Shown: positions 36,901 to 51,272, counted from the stretch's first letter. The stretch is DNA of 64,000 nucleotides from Zancudomyces culisetae HAW-14-8 (GCA_052426225.1 JBNJNM010000013.1:1998246-2062245); one strand, 5' to 3'. A program made the numbers and translations. The notes: a model not told the origin generated them from the letters alone.

Positions 36901-39386
36901 ATTTGATACTCGAATTTAAATAAAATTGTGACAAGCTAATGCGCTGATGCAGTATGAAAATGATGATGACTATAATATGTCTTTTTGTGTTGTATAAAGA
37001 AACTTCAATTGTTGATGTACATCTTGTTTCAACAATATTCTGAACGTTTTATACTTTTTTTTTCTCTCTGTTGCATCTATACTACTCTTGAAACTGCGTA
37101 AGGTGACCAACTGTAGTGTTTCCAATATATTTTAAAAAATGTTCTATTTTTAGAAAGTCGAGAAAGCATCTAGTTTCAAAGCATTAGGCTGAATGAAAGT
37201 GTACTAAAAAATGATAATTTAGGTGTTATGTAATTCATAGCTTCTAATTTTAATCTTTGACAACTTTTCTATATTTGCTAGCCTCGCTTACAATGTAGTG
37301 GTATACTAGAACTAGTAATCTTATAAGGTAGTAGAGCAATTTTTTCTGCTCATGAATTGTGCCCTTACTGTAACTGGTAGATTGAAAATAATTTTGTAAT
37401 TTTTATCTAATCAACACTAATTCTGTTCCGATTTTTTGATTTCGCAGTTCCGATAGTTTAAAAGCATTAAATCCCAACAAGTAAAAACGGTTACGTAATT
37501 GAAATAAATAAATAATAACATCCAAATTTGATTTACTATTTGAAAAGGTTTATCTAAAGCGATATTTTTAATTCATCTAAAAATAACACTATTCCACAAA
37601 ATTCCCATTAAAAAGAGAAAATAGACCCATAAACTATTATACGTCCTTGAAAAAGACGTAAAACCGACAAAATGATCCGTTCCTGCAATTCCAAGGAATA
37701 CTACTCTTTATTTCGATACTTCCCGACAAGAGGTGGCCATTGGGTTTAATTATTAGATTGGTAATAATTACAAATCTGTTTTGAACCTAAAATTACGTTT
37801 CTATACCTCTCACCAACGAATACACCAGATAACTAACAAGGCCAAAGAGCATTTTAAAAGACAAGATAGATTTCGAGTCTCTAGCCTCGAGAAAGACAGC
37901 ACTTACACTAATAAATTATTCAAAGGCATTTTCTATTAATAAGTGAGTAGAATTAACCCGTGTTCTAAATCAAGGTGTATTATCAATCACACAATGTGAT
38001 GTATTCATATGCTAATGATGCTTTCAGTTTACCTAATAATAATGGCCTTAATATATCTCGATACCAAGCTATTTGAAAGCTAAAGTAACGTGCAAAACAT
38101 TCTTACAAAGATAGAAAAGAACTGAATCAAATTGTTTTGAGTGTCTAAATAATAGCCTTATGAATAAATATTTACATGTTTTCATCAAAAAGAGTACACT
38201 TGGCTTATAATTATAAGTAAACAAAGCCCAATAAAGTAATATTAATCTTTATATGTGGCATGGTCAACCAGGAGACTACCCTAGCCTCATACTTGTTTTT
38301 ATTTAGTATGTAAATACTGGAGTTTCAATAGTACACTCCAAGGTGTCGGTTCGATTTATCGTGAAATTGCGAGTTTTTAATGTTGATCCTTTTTCCTTCA
38401 ACACTTTAGATTGTTTTTAAAACTTGCTCATTAAATCTTATTTATAAAAAGATTAAATTACCTAAATTAGAATCATGCGCCTACCTAGTCTTGAAATTAA
38501 CATGTAGAAGAGCCTAATTAATATGTCAATTATCTCTAAAGGCATAAATATAATTCGTACTATAATCCCGAAGTGAGGTTAATAACCATATTTGCTTAAA
38601 ATGGGCCAATCAATTAAGTGCTAGAACTTGAACAAATCTTTCAACCAATAAGAACTCGGTACATCTATCACTACAAATATTCTCGAATCACAATTATTTA
38701 GGTATATGCAACATATTCAACAAATTATAAATGCTGATTACGATATAATTTAAAATAGAATATGCAATTTCAAAAAAAAACAAGCGTACTTCGGGTCATC
38801 TAGTACATGATAAATACTTTACAAACCCTGAATGCCACCGGTACCGTTTATACTGTGATATGTCTTTTTTTAGATTTCACATTTCCCTCAAAAACCGGAA
38901 TAGATTACTAAAAATAATTATTTTTCGCTTTCGTTCAAATGCAAACGACCAAAAATATTGGTTCTCTAAGTAAAAGCCTTTGTTTTTCTTTAATTTTTAG
39001 AGAACATCAAGGTAAAAGCATTGACATTAGGTATCATAAAACAAGTTATCTTATTACATGTTAACTCTGATAGCTATTAACACACTTATAAATATAATGA
39101 TCTAAATATAGTTCTACTTTCTGAGTGAGCTGATAGAGGAATGAATTTGTCATTGATTCGGATATATTGACAATAGTTGTAATGTCATTGTTACCAGCTA
39201 TCTAGCAATTTCGACTAGTAACTTTTAATTCAATACACCATTAAACTTACAAACAAGAAGGTCACAACAAAAAAAGTATAAAAAGTCCAGGTTTTTTTCA
39301 GAATCCTATTCTATACAATTCAAAAACATTTCAACTGTGTCCTAGATAAAAGGTGTTTAGATTAAATAGTCAAAAAATAAATTAAG

Positions 39387-39809
39387 ATGGTAAACATTTT
39401 GTTGACAACCGCAGTTTTGATTGCCTCAAAGCTTGTAGCTGGTGCTAGCATTCCAGATACCCAGACAAATATTTCTAAAAGGCAAGACGACGACAATCGC
39501 AACATCTGCTATGGAGACAATAAAAAGCAATACCCTAACAAATTTCTAAATATTGAAATGTTTGCACAAAGGTCAAGGATAAATAGAATTGGTTTCAAAA
39601 CAATTAATCCAAATCGATGCTATGTCATGCCAACTACTGGTTCCTGCTTGCTTAATGGTGGTACGCCTGGTGAAGGAACAATAATGTTCTGCACTGGAAC
39701 CAACTGCGATGGTTACTGCCGGGCTCAACCAAGACAAGTCTGGTATACCCCCGGAGATATGCAGAAAGATATTGGAGGGCTTGCAAATTCAGTTTATTGG
39801 ACAATTTGA
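39387..39809 (+). CDS. Small secreted Cys-containing protein, paralogue of 14752
   Basis: MVNILLTTAVLIASKLVAGA signal, KR site, NPNRCY, GGTPGEGTIMFC, NCDGYC, SVYW. TATAAAA at 39277. Confidence 0.87.
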   Translation: MVNILLTTAVLIASKLVAGASIPDTQTNISKRQDDDNRNICYGDNKKQYPNKFLNIEMFAQRSRINRIGFKTINPNRCYVMPTTGSCLLNGGTPGEGTIMFCTGTNCDGYCRAQPRQVWYTPGDMQKDIGGLANSVYWTI

Positions 39810-41449
39810 TAAGTGATGAAAGTGCATTACTTCACGAGCCGTCAAGAACGCATTTAAATTTGCATAGTTACTCTTATTTTCATTATATCATTCACATTTA
39901 ATTTAGCTACTATTTTATAGCATAGCATAAAAAAACTTTACAAAAATATATTCTCAGAATTTGTTTTTATATTAAATTAAAGCTGATCTGAAGATCTTTG
40001 AAGTATATATTGTATTTTTAGTGATATTATAGACAAATTATAAAACAACTTAATATATCTATGGAGACCGCTTAACTCTAGATTTTTGGTAGTGAAGTAC
40101 CTAAAATGTAATTTAACTTTGTATATGAAATCAATTAGTCTATTAATTTTCTTAATGTAAATATGCTATTGTATCTAAAGTATATCGAACACATATGGAC
40201 TATCAAAAATTGTTATTAAAATGTATTCATTAATCGAGGAAAAACAGTGTAACTGATTTGAATCTTAAAGTAAATATCACTAAAATAAAAAGTTATACAA
40301 ATAAAAACCCCGATAAAATCATCTCATCTTAGCTTCTTTAATCTGTTGATTGTAGTACTAATTTTCATAGTTGCAGTCTATTGAGAAACCTAAAGTAGTT
40401 TAGATCAGACTCTATAGATGTTTTATTTTTGGTTGCTGTTTTAATCTAGTAAAAATGTTTTATTCCCTACTTGGAGGCTATTGGCTACTAAGATATACTC
40501 GAGTAAAACAACTATAGTTTATAATTAACAATATTGTGTACTATTATAATGTTCAGATACAACAAATTAACTTTTCTAAAAATTTTACTAATTTTATAGA
40601 ACAAACTCAAATGCATAACTGTCAAATAAGAGTATCAATAAAATTAACATACAAATTACAATTGATGAGAAATCCAATATGTTTAATACTTTGTTATTAA
40701 TGTATGCATCGTCTATTTAGGCTAAACTCTACTTTGTTCTCTCATAAGTAGATAATGAAATAGGCCTTGTATCATTTTTCAATATTTTAAAATATTCCAA
40801 CTATTAACATTCATATTATGAAATAAATTCAATAATTTCTCAAAAGTCGAGAAATTAATATTATTAATATATTATTTTCTTATTTATATAAAATTACACT
40901 TTTTCTACTGTTTAGTAAATCAAACTATTCTTGCTGTTCAGTTATACTTAACTTTCAAAAAGTATTAAAAGGTGCTTTATTAATTAAATTAAATCTAAAC
41001 CACTCCATTAATATACTTTGAACCTTTTTACATACTAACCAGAAATTTAAGTGAAAGGAAAAAGATAACCATTTATTTATAATGTAGTTATAGTTGGTAT
41101 AAGCTTTAAATAGTAGCGAATTCTCATACAGGCAGTAAAATTTAAAATTTGGGCCTTATTCAGGTGTTTTGATCTTAATTAAAAATTATCATTGGTAATT
41201 GACTTCAACATATCAAAAATAATAAATATAATTCTAGTAATCTTCGGATTAAAGTACTATGAAATTGATTAATGTTAGGTTTTAATTGAGTTTATTTAGA
41301 ATATTTATTTTGAAGAATATTAACTTCCTAAATGAAGAGAATATTTTTCACAGCCTCTTCAATCAATGCATCGTCGGTGTTTAAATACTTGAAGAGACAG
41401 GTGAAAAATAAGACAAAATATTTCATGTGCATGAAGTTACTTAACATTA

Positions 41450-42251
41450 TGTGATGTTTCAGGATGATATTCACATCCAGACATTTACATATAAGTTAAT
41501 CCCATTGGGAGTTTTTCTCCTAGATGTTAACGTGAATAATCACGTTAACATGATACGTTACTAATTTTGTGAATGTATCGTTGTGTGTTCACGTTCAATT
41601 AAATTAGTAATAAATTAATTTATTAATTAAAACTATTTAAGCTAAATTAAAATAACTAAATCATAACATTCCCCTGATTTCAGAACTTTTAGATCACCGC
41701 AATGATGCCAGAATATATACTAAAATAGATCTGAGAGGAGCATATAACTTAGTTCGCATGAAACCTGTTAGATACCAATATTATACACAATAATGATGGT
41801 ATTAACAAATTAACACACAGTTAATTTATAAAAGTTAAGATTAATTATGCTAGTTTAAAACACACAGTAATAATATAATATTAGTTAATAATATCTTTAT
41901 TATTGTTAAACGAGATTGACAAACTTAATTGTTCAATAAAGGGATTAGTATCACCTTTTATACAAAAAAGTTTGTACTAAAACTTTAGTATAAACTAAAA
42001 CTATTAATACAACTAATATTAATAAACAAATAAACAAATATCATTAATATACACAATATTAATAAAGATACATTTAATATTGATCATGTGTATCAATATT
42101 AATGTTTTAAACTAATAATTAATAATAATTAAATTTTATAAACTAATAATTAATTAATATTAATGATGCACATTTAATATCATTAATATTAATTAATACC
42201 ATATTGTATTTTAATATACAATATTGTTATGATACATGTGTATTCATAACA
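41450..42251 (+). mobile_element. Nested LTR-element debris: TG..CA segments around a Ty3/Gypsy RT fragment
   Basis: 41669-41765 translates [32 protein letters not shown]. It is flanked by tgtgatg..cataaca (41450-41668) and tgttag..cataaca (41766-42251). Confidence 0.6.
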
Positions 42252-42619
42252 CGAAATCCATCGAAAGAGAACTTCAGAGAAAAATATCTTATTCACTATT
42301 GAATATCATATTTTTCTAAATAATATAATAGTAATAAATAATTTAATCTTAAAATATTCAAGTCTTAACAATAATGAATAAAATCACTATAAAAGGTATT
42401 TGGTATATATAGCATAATTTTTGAAACTTGGTATCTGTTAATATTTTTTAAATACAAGATTAATATTTGGTTGATCAAACATAGTGCTAAGTAAATTTGT
42501 GATTAGGTTGGTAATTTGAATTTCCATAATTATTTATCAGAGTTTGTGAGGTTGATTTAAAGTTCTTCCGATTCATTGGAAAAATTACCTTGAAGACCGA
42601 CTTTCCGTGTTGGAGCATC

Positions 42620-45600
42620 TATAGGAATAGGATTGAGACTGGGTTTGAATCAGCCCTATAATTATCCTTGATATATTCGGCTTGGGCTTTTTTTAGCCTA
42701 AATTTTAGTAGGTAATCACCAAGTTTCGGTGATTTTTTACAAGCAATAATAAATCTTAAATTTTTACTTAGAGCAGTTTTGGTGCGTTGAGTTCCTGTAT
42801 GAATCTTTGTAATATTTGGTAGTTTGAATGTTTGTTGTAGAGTATTACTAATGGAACAATGTTTTTAGAAGGTTTATTGGTCGTTTTTAGCTATAATTTT
42901 CTAACATCGTATGTGTTTTTAATGAATATGTCATTTACAAATTTTATGTTATAAAATCGTGCTATTGTCATTCTATGAATAATTATCGAATATCAACAAA
43001 GTCATTATTATCTGTGCATTGTCATAATATCAGTTTAGTACACCAGATATAACTGCTTTTTTAGTAGAAATGCTGTGTTTATAAAAAAATGGTATTTATC
43101 TGTATAGATTAAAAGGTTTTTGATAGGTTTTGAAACTGATTTTAATTTCAGTATTAAAGTAAACAGTATTATCAAGGAAGTCTACAGTATCTGCTGAATT
43201 GATAGCGAGGGTCATATTTATTCCAGGGATGCTGTTGTTGGCGGTGTGTATAAGTTTGGATAAATTGTCTTTGTGAGTTACTGTTAGAAATGGCCAATTC
43301 CCGTTAATAATTATAGTTACATTTTGGCTTATGAAAAATTTAACCTATTATATTAATTCATTTCCGGCATTCGAAAATGTCATCCGACATGAAATTATGT
43401 TAGCAGAATACACCATCAAATATCAGAATTTATTTATAGAAAAATTACATAGAAAATTCAAGAAATTTTACAATTATTAAAATTATAATTAACCATGGTA
43501 AAACTGGATAGACATAATCCATAGAGAATTGTATATCTAAAATCCATGATTAAATTGATAAATAAAATCTATGCCAAAATCATAAAGTAAAATCTATGCT
43601 AAAATTGAAATACAAAATCAATGTTAAAATTTATAAACAAAATCAATGTAAATTGATATACAAATATAATGTTATAATCGATAATCTAAATACATGTTAA
43701 AATCAAAAAATGAAATGATAAGTTTACGATAAGTAGATACCTAATCTAATTAGATTATACATAATCTAATTTTTATTGCTAAAATATATTGTATTAATGT
43801 TTTGCTTCATACTCTAAATAATTGATAGTAATTTTATAAACCCTTCGAAATTCCGTTGGGTTACATCGGAATAAAATATAATTTATTAACTCATTTATAA
43901 ATATATTACTCTAAATACATACTTCATCTAATAAATATTAATCAAGCATAACTAATCCACGGTCCAAAGTTATAAGCAGCTCATTGTTTATAACAGTTTT
44001 CTAGAATTTATCGTTAATATATCTGTATTAATGAAGGCAAAATATTTTAAAATATTATCAATATTTGAAGGTATAGTATAGTTCATTTATTCTGCATTGG
44101 TGCCCATTGTGATAACAATAATATATTTAAATACATTTTTATGATACATAAAATAGTTGATTCACAAATGTAAATTGTGGCATCAGTTAGTTATTGAGAT
44201 TTGGTCAATTTAAGAATAGTTCTGTCAAAGTTTTTATTTGAAAAATTGAATTAAAGTTACAAATCGAGTGATCCTATGATGTAGTTATTGGGAATAACTT
44301 TGTTTTCAAGTTGTTTGATCAATTCTAAAAAATTTTTAGATTACTGGGTTTTCTTGTTCAATTAATATATTGATATTGTTTTAGATAGCTTCGTTGTTAG
44401 CCAATTGGTTGCTGATGTAATTGGTCGAAACTCAATTGGCGTTTTATGGATTATTAATTCTACGTAGAAATTCGGTAATTGGATATTATTGTCATTATGT
44501 AGTAGACTAGTTAGCATTTTAAATATTATAATGTAGAAAAGTTGTTAATTAGTATTTATAGTTTATTATAAATACTTGATCATTGATGTCATCTGAGTTA
44601 TTACGAATTTGTACATTATTGTTAGTGTTGTTTAATATTTTCAATACTTGTTTGTGATAATCTATTGTATCCATAATTACAGGGCCTATGTGAATATTGA
44701 ATTTATTATGTTAATACTTCCGTCATGGTTGATATCATTAATAACTTTTGGTATAAAGATTTAGTTTTCTCTGTGAGTTTAGGAGTGGTTGTATAAAATA
44801 ATTTTTACTCAAGCATTTCAATATAATTTCTTTATAATTTGTCATCAACGTTGTTTGAATAATATAACTTTTGGTAAAAAGAAGTGTGGTATTATAAAAA
44901 GAAAGGTCAATGTAATGTACTTCATTGTTAAGTAATTGAGGTATGTGTTTAATTCAATTGTTTAATATAAGCTGTTTACTATCAGATTTGGAAGTCATGT
45001 TGTGAACAAAAGTAAATATAGCTGAATAATTTTTAGTTGACTTTGTTGTATTTTTGGTAAAGTTACTTAGTAATTGTTGATGGTAATGATATTTGAAGTA
45101 AAAACTGTGTTTTACTTTCTTTTTGAATATTATGTTGTGATTCCTTCTTTGGCGCCATGTAAACTTTTGTATAGATTTGTGTTGTTAATTACTCTTTATT
45201 TATTGTTAATTGAATGTCTTTTGTTGGATTTGTAGTTTTTTTCTTTCCTTTATTGTTAGTTCTATTGTAGTATATTAGTGATATTTTGGTTTTGTTGGTT
45301 GATGGTTTCGACGCAATTTGTTGCCTTAATACATATCTTTGTCCTTTTAAACTATCTTGTGTATCTACGGTCATCGAGTTTTGTTCTAGTTCTAGTTTCT
45401 TTATAGCCTTCTTAGCTTCAGCAAAATTCTGATTTTTTAGTTTTCTTGAGTTGAAATTAATCTTAAAAATTTGAAGATAAATATAAAAGATATTGAGGAG
45501 GTCAGCTTCAAATTTTGTAATTGTAACAGCAAGTAAAGTATTAGAAGCAATGATTTTAAATCTAAAGTGAAGTTTGTATTGAGTTCTTTACTTTTAATGT
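42620..45600 (-). mobile_element. Decayed Penelope-like element (PLE) reverse transcriptase, no GIY-YIG seen
   Basis: Minus-strand motifs in order: IGPVIMDTIDY (~44670), PNFYVELIIHKTPIEFRPITS (~44420-44476), GSLD (~44270), ITMGTNA (~44100), YRYINDKF (~44004-44027), VDFLD (~43180), TYQKPFNLY (~43115), IIACKKSPKLGDYLL (~42710-42750). Boundaries are approximate. Confidence 0.8.
43290..44001. mobile_element. ~710-bp insertion splitting the PLE RT, with ~24-bp tandem repeats
   Basis: The PLE frame RYINDKF|LTVTHK is interrupted here. TAGAA lies at both 43285-43289 and 44002-44006. aaaatcwatgytaaaat-type repeats occur at ~43540-43705. Confidence 0.55.
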
Positions 45601-46289
45601 TTAATAGTGTCATGAACTTGTTTATTTTGGTGTAATTAGGTAATTATTAAGTACAACTATAAAATATATATTAATTGTGACACTTGTTGTCGATAAGTTT
45701 TTCTGAAGGCATAAAGAATGCTATTTAAACTTTTTGAATGTAATATAATAATTTATTATTAAAGACTAAAATGTTGCATAAATAGAAAGTAGTTAAAATT
45801 AATGAACTATTTAAAGAAAAGTTGTGTTTTGTGCTAGTTTCAATATTAAACATGTTTAAAATCATATTTCTGATTCATCCAAATCATATTTGATATTGTT
45901 TGTTGATTTAAATTTAAACTGTTTAATATTAGTTTATGATAGTATTCCCTCTCTTAGTGTCGATCTCTGAGCGACATTGGTTTATTCGGGTTTTCATTAT
46001 GGTACTTTTCCATAAGTTCTTTTGTATTTGTTAGATGTTCGGCTGGTTCCCAAGTTCTTTTGCTTGCGTCGTACCCTTTCCAGTCCACTAGATATTGTAG
46101 TTTATTATATTTAATACAACTGTCTAATATTTGTTCGACTTTGTATTCTGATATTCCATCAACTAGTACCGGTAATGGAGTTTCATGAATTCGGCCTTCA
46201 ATGGTGTTGTAAGTTACTATTACTAGAAGGAAAACGTGAAAGACAAGATGTAATTTCATAGTTGTAGAAAGTTGAAGTTCGTATGCTAC

Positions 46290-46429
46290 TGTCACAGAAC
46301 GAGTTTTATTAGTTAAACAGGTTGTAATTCTTAAGGAATTACAGCTAGGCAAATGTTATTAATTAAATACTAAGTAAATATTAGAATAAATGTTATGGGA
46401 GGTTAGATGTCACCTGATTGGCCATGACA
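46290..46429. mobile_element. 140-bp solo LTR inserted in the integrase
   Basis: TGTCAC...ATGACA termini and a perfect 5-bp TSD GCTAC (46285-46289, 46430-46434). It is absent from the sister copy at ~52080. Confidence 0.88.
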
Positions 46430-49400
46430 GCTACTTTGATTAATTTTTTAACTATTGTAAATGGACCTAATTTAGTATAATCTATTTAGTTATTTGGTCT
46501 GTTAGTTTTAATATATTTTCTATTCAACCAAGCTTTTGATCCTATATTAAACTCGAGTTCGGCTTGTCTGTTTTTATTATTAGTTTAGCATATCTTTCAT
46601 TTGATTTTTTATATTTTTTATAAGTTCCTTGTAAATTTGTGACATTTTCTGAATTAAATCTGTGATTATGGGCGAGTTACTGGGTGAAGTCAAAATATTT
46701 AGTCGAAATATTGAAGGATGATATCCAGTATAGCGTAGAATGGTGCAAATTTTGTAGTTGAGTGTTTTGAGTTATTATATGCAAATTCTGCGAGTGCTAA
46801 TAAATCATGCCAGATTGTTTGGTTGTAGTTACAATAAATTCTGATATACTGTTCTAAAACTTGGTTTACTCGTTCCGTTTGACCATCCGTTTGTATATGG
46901 TATGCTGTTGACATATTTAATTTTTTATTTAATACTTTGGTAATAGTATCCAAAATTTTGAAGTGAAGATAGAACCTCTATCAGAGAATATATCTTTTGG
47001 CAGTCCGTGAAGTTTAAATATGTTATTGATAAATAGTTTTGCTGTTTGTTGTTCGTTGATGTTGTTATTTGTTGGAATAAAATGCGCCATTTTTGTTAGT
47101 CTATCTACAATAACCAATACTGAATCGTAAGTTTGTGACAATGGTAACCCAACAATAAAATCCATAGAAATTGATTCCCACGGTTTATCTGGAATCTGTA
47201 AAGGTTGTAGTTGACCATATGGTTTGTGTCTTATCGGTTTACATCTGCAACATTGATCGCATGAGTTAATATAATTTTTGATCATTTTTCTCATTTTTGG
47301 CCAATAATAGTATCTTGAAATCAGTTCAAAGGTTTTAGAATGTCCGAAGTGTCCAGCAATAGGCGAATCGTGAAATTAATTGAGTAGTAGTAGTTTGATT
47401 TCAACGTTATCTGGAATGTATGTTTTACCTTTAAAAGTAAGTATTTCATTGTCGTATTTATAATCCTTTAGGTTTGAATATTCAGAGTTATATATACTGT
47501 TAATATGTTTCAATTTAGAAATAATGGAATTAACTTTAATATCTTTTTCGTAGCTACTATTAAATATAGTTTTATCAAAATTATTATAACCATTGGTTCT
47601 ACTGCTGCAATTATCTATTGTTCTGGCTTTAGCAAAGTTTTATTAGTACGTAGAGCGTCATCCCCATCCTTAGGCAAATGATCCGGGCGTCGGGACAAAG
47701 CATCGGGTTTCCCGTTAGATGAACCAGTTACGTATTTAATAATGAAATTATAATTTCCTAATAATTCTGCCCATTGTGCTTGACGCCTATACAAACTTTT
47801 AGTGGTAGTAAAATATTCTAGATTTTTATGATCAGTTAAAACCGTAATTTGATGTAATGCTCCTTCGAGGTATGACCTCTATTCTTTAAAAGCCTCAATT
47901 ATGGCTAACATTTCTTTATCGTAAATTTCGTAGTTGATTTCAGCAGGTTGTAACTTTCTGGAATAATATCTATTTGATGTAAATTGATATTATCGTTGCG
48001 TTGTGAAATAACTCCACCAATTGCGAAGTCTGATGCATCAGTTTCGATAGTAATTGATTTATTCGGATCAAAATATTTTAAAATAGGTGCAGTTGTAAAT
48101 GCTTTTTTGTATTGATCGAAAGAGTTTTGTGCTTCAGACTCCAGTTCCATTTTTCATTTTTTCGTAACAATTTTGTTATAGATGTCACAATCATTGAAAA
48201 ATTCATTATAAATTTTTTATAGAAATTTGCAAAACCAAGGAACTTTTGAATTTCTTTTATTGAGGTTGGTGCAGACCATGCAATTACAGCTATTGTCTTT
48301 GTTTTATCCATACTTACCCCTAGATCGGAAACAATATATCCCAAGAATTCGACTTTTGTTTTGTGAAATCGACATTTTTCCAGTTTAGCATAAAGTGAAT
48401 TATTCTGGAGTCTTCTTAATATATCTTTTACATGCTTAATATGGTCTTCGTATATTGTACTATAAACCAGTATATCATCTAAATATACTACTGCAAAACT
48501 ATCTAAGCAGTCAGATAATACATCAGTCATGAAATATTGAAACGTGCTGGATCATTGCAGAGTCCGAATGGCATAACCCTATAATCATAGACCGTATCTC
48601 GTACGGAATGCAGTATTCCATTATTCTCCCTTAGCGATTCTTATTAAATTATAAGCGCCTCTTAAATCGATTTTAGTTAATATTTTCGCTTGACTGAATC
48701 TGTCGAGTAACTCTCCGATTAAAGGTAAAGATACCTGATTTAATTGTCAAGTTATTTAATCCTCTATTATCAACGCATAATCTTAAAGATCCATCTTATT
48801 TTTTTACAAAAAGTATAGGCGAGCCAGCAGGAGATGATGAAGGATGAATAAAACCTTTGTCTAAATTTTTTTTCAAATATTCACGAAATGCTGCAAGTTC
48901 TGTTTCAGATAGTGATTAAATTGGTCCAAATGGTGGTTGTGAGCCTGGTGTTAACGAAATATTATGATCCTATGTACGATGAGGTGGTAAATTATTAGTT
49001 GCATATTCATCGAATACATCTTTAAATTCAGAACATTCCGATGGTATAGGATTTATTTCTGATTTTTCTGGAATTAATGTGCAAGTTATTGTGTGTGTAT
49101 AACATTGATTTTGTTGAATACTACATTTATTTTGGCAATATTCAGTTATGAAATACAACTTATCTAATTTCCCCTCTATGTGTGGATTATGGGTTCGCAG
49201 CCAGTTTATTCCAATAATTAATGGGTATTTTCCCAATATATTTACATCAAATGGTCTAGTTACGTGATAATTATAGGTGTTAAGTTGAATTGGTATTGTA
49301 TTGTGTGTTATGGAGCCTGACGAAATTCATCTTCCGTCAATTACTAGTAGCGGAAATAGTAATTTTTTTAATACTAATGGAATGTTATTAGTCTTAGCAA

Positions 49401-49589
49401 AAGTAGAATCAATGAAGCAATTAGTTGAAACCGAATCAATCATGGGAACGGTTTTTATCGGGTTATTGTTTACCCGAAGGGTTAATGATACTATATGATG
49501 AGAGTTAACTTTATTTGTTGACATAGTTAAATGTTCCAGGTCAGATTCATATTGATTGTGGAATTAATTTATAAGTTGCAGTCAGGTAT

Positions 49590-49790
49590 AGATTCAGGCT
49601 TAAATTCAGGCTTAAGTTCAGGCTTAAGTTCAGGTTTTGAGTGAAGTACGGGATTAGTTTTAATTATAAGTTAAGATATGGTTACAGGTTTAAGTTAAGG
49701 TTTAAGTTCAGGTTTAAGTTCAGGTTTGATTTCAGTATTAATTTCAGGTTTGACTTCAGATTTGGTTTCAGGATTAATTTCAGAGTTATA
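49590..49790 (-). repeat. 12-bp tandem repeat (TTCAGGYTTAAG) in the pol N-terminal linker
   Basis: Visible tandem units. The sister copy has a shorter version at ~55245-55375. Confidence 0.7.
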
Positions 49791-51272
49791 GTTGGATTAG
49801 TAGAATGTATCTTTTACATTTAATTCTGGTGTTAGATTGGTTATTTCAGTAGTGTTTATTTTATTGTGAAATTGTAAAGGTAGATTGTATACAGCTTGAT
49901 ATAAACTTCCGGATGTTTCATAGCGGCAATAATTAAGGAGTAAAATTTTTGATTGAAGTGGACGGTTTAGGATAATTAGATACGCTCAAGACTACGTCCG
50001 AAAATTGTCTTGAGCTTAATTGTTTTCCTTAATAATGCTTGCAGATATAGTATTTGGTACCTTTATTTGCGGGCGACGAGGACAAGATGATAATTCATGA
50101 TCAGGATTACCACAGTATAGACAAAGATTAAGGTCGCGGCGGCGTTGTTTTTCAGTCTGAGTGAGTGGTGGGCGATGAGATAAAGCTCCGTCAATTTCCA
50201 TTTGTTGCACCCGAGGCTGTGTTATTACTATTAAATTGTTTTTTGATGGTGTAGAGTAATCCAAATTTTGAGTGTGCATTGGGCGAGGGCAAAACGTTGT
50301 TTCAAGGTTTCTTTCAAATAGTCTGTTGTCAATTTTTATGGCGAGGTCTATAAATTCTGAAAAGTTTTCTGGTCTATCAAAACATGCTAATAAATCCTTA
50401 ATGTCTTTTTTAAGTCATTCATAAAATTGGCTACAGAGTGCTACGACATTCCAGGACATAAGTGTGGAAATACGACGAAATTCTGTATCATAGGTGGCTG
50501 CGGATCCCAACTGGCGAATTTTTCTGAGTTGACGTTCAACTGTCAAAGATTGGTGTGGATTTCCGAAAACACGATGAAGTTCGTTTATGAAAATGTCAAA
50601 ATTTTCCAGGATTGGTTCATGATCATTAGATTCTAGAAACGGTTGTAGCCACGAATAAGCAGGACCACAAAGGAAAGTAAAAGCAAAAATGACTTTCTGA
50701 GTATCTGTTGAAAATCTTGAGGGTTGAGCTTGTATGACTTGTTGGACTTGTGCTACAAAGTTTCTTAGTTGGTCTCTATTGCCACTAAAGTATTCAGGAT
50801 CTGCTACTCTTGGTTCTCTAGCCACTGGTAACACGTTTGCTTGATTATTTCTTAACATATTTAAGCGAAGCTGAAGATCGTCTAGTTGGGTTGCTGTCAT
50901 GATCCATTCATGACATTATTGCTATTTAAAATATGTTATTATAAATAGCAAATGTAAATTTATTAACATTTTCTCCGATTTATTTCTTACACCATAATTA
51001 AAAATTTATGGAGTAAGAATTAATAATTGTTAATAATTTGGTTTTACCACATATAATTAAATGTTAACTGTGGAGTTGACAGTTAAGATTATTTAGTTTA
51101 AATTATAGTTTAAGTTTAGATTATAGTATCATTTACAGTTTATTTTGTATATTGTAAAACTATATAAAAACAAAGATTTATTGCTTTGAGAAACTTTAGC
51201 AATATAATTCTTTTCATCTCATAGTAATTTATTAAATAAATCACAGCCATCGTTAATACAAATAGTACTTAG

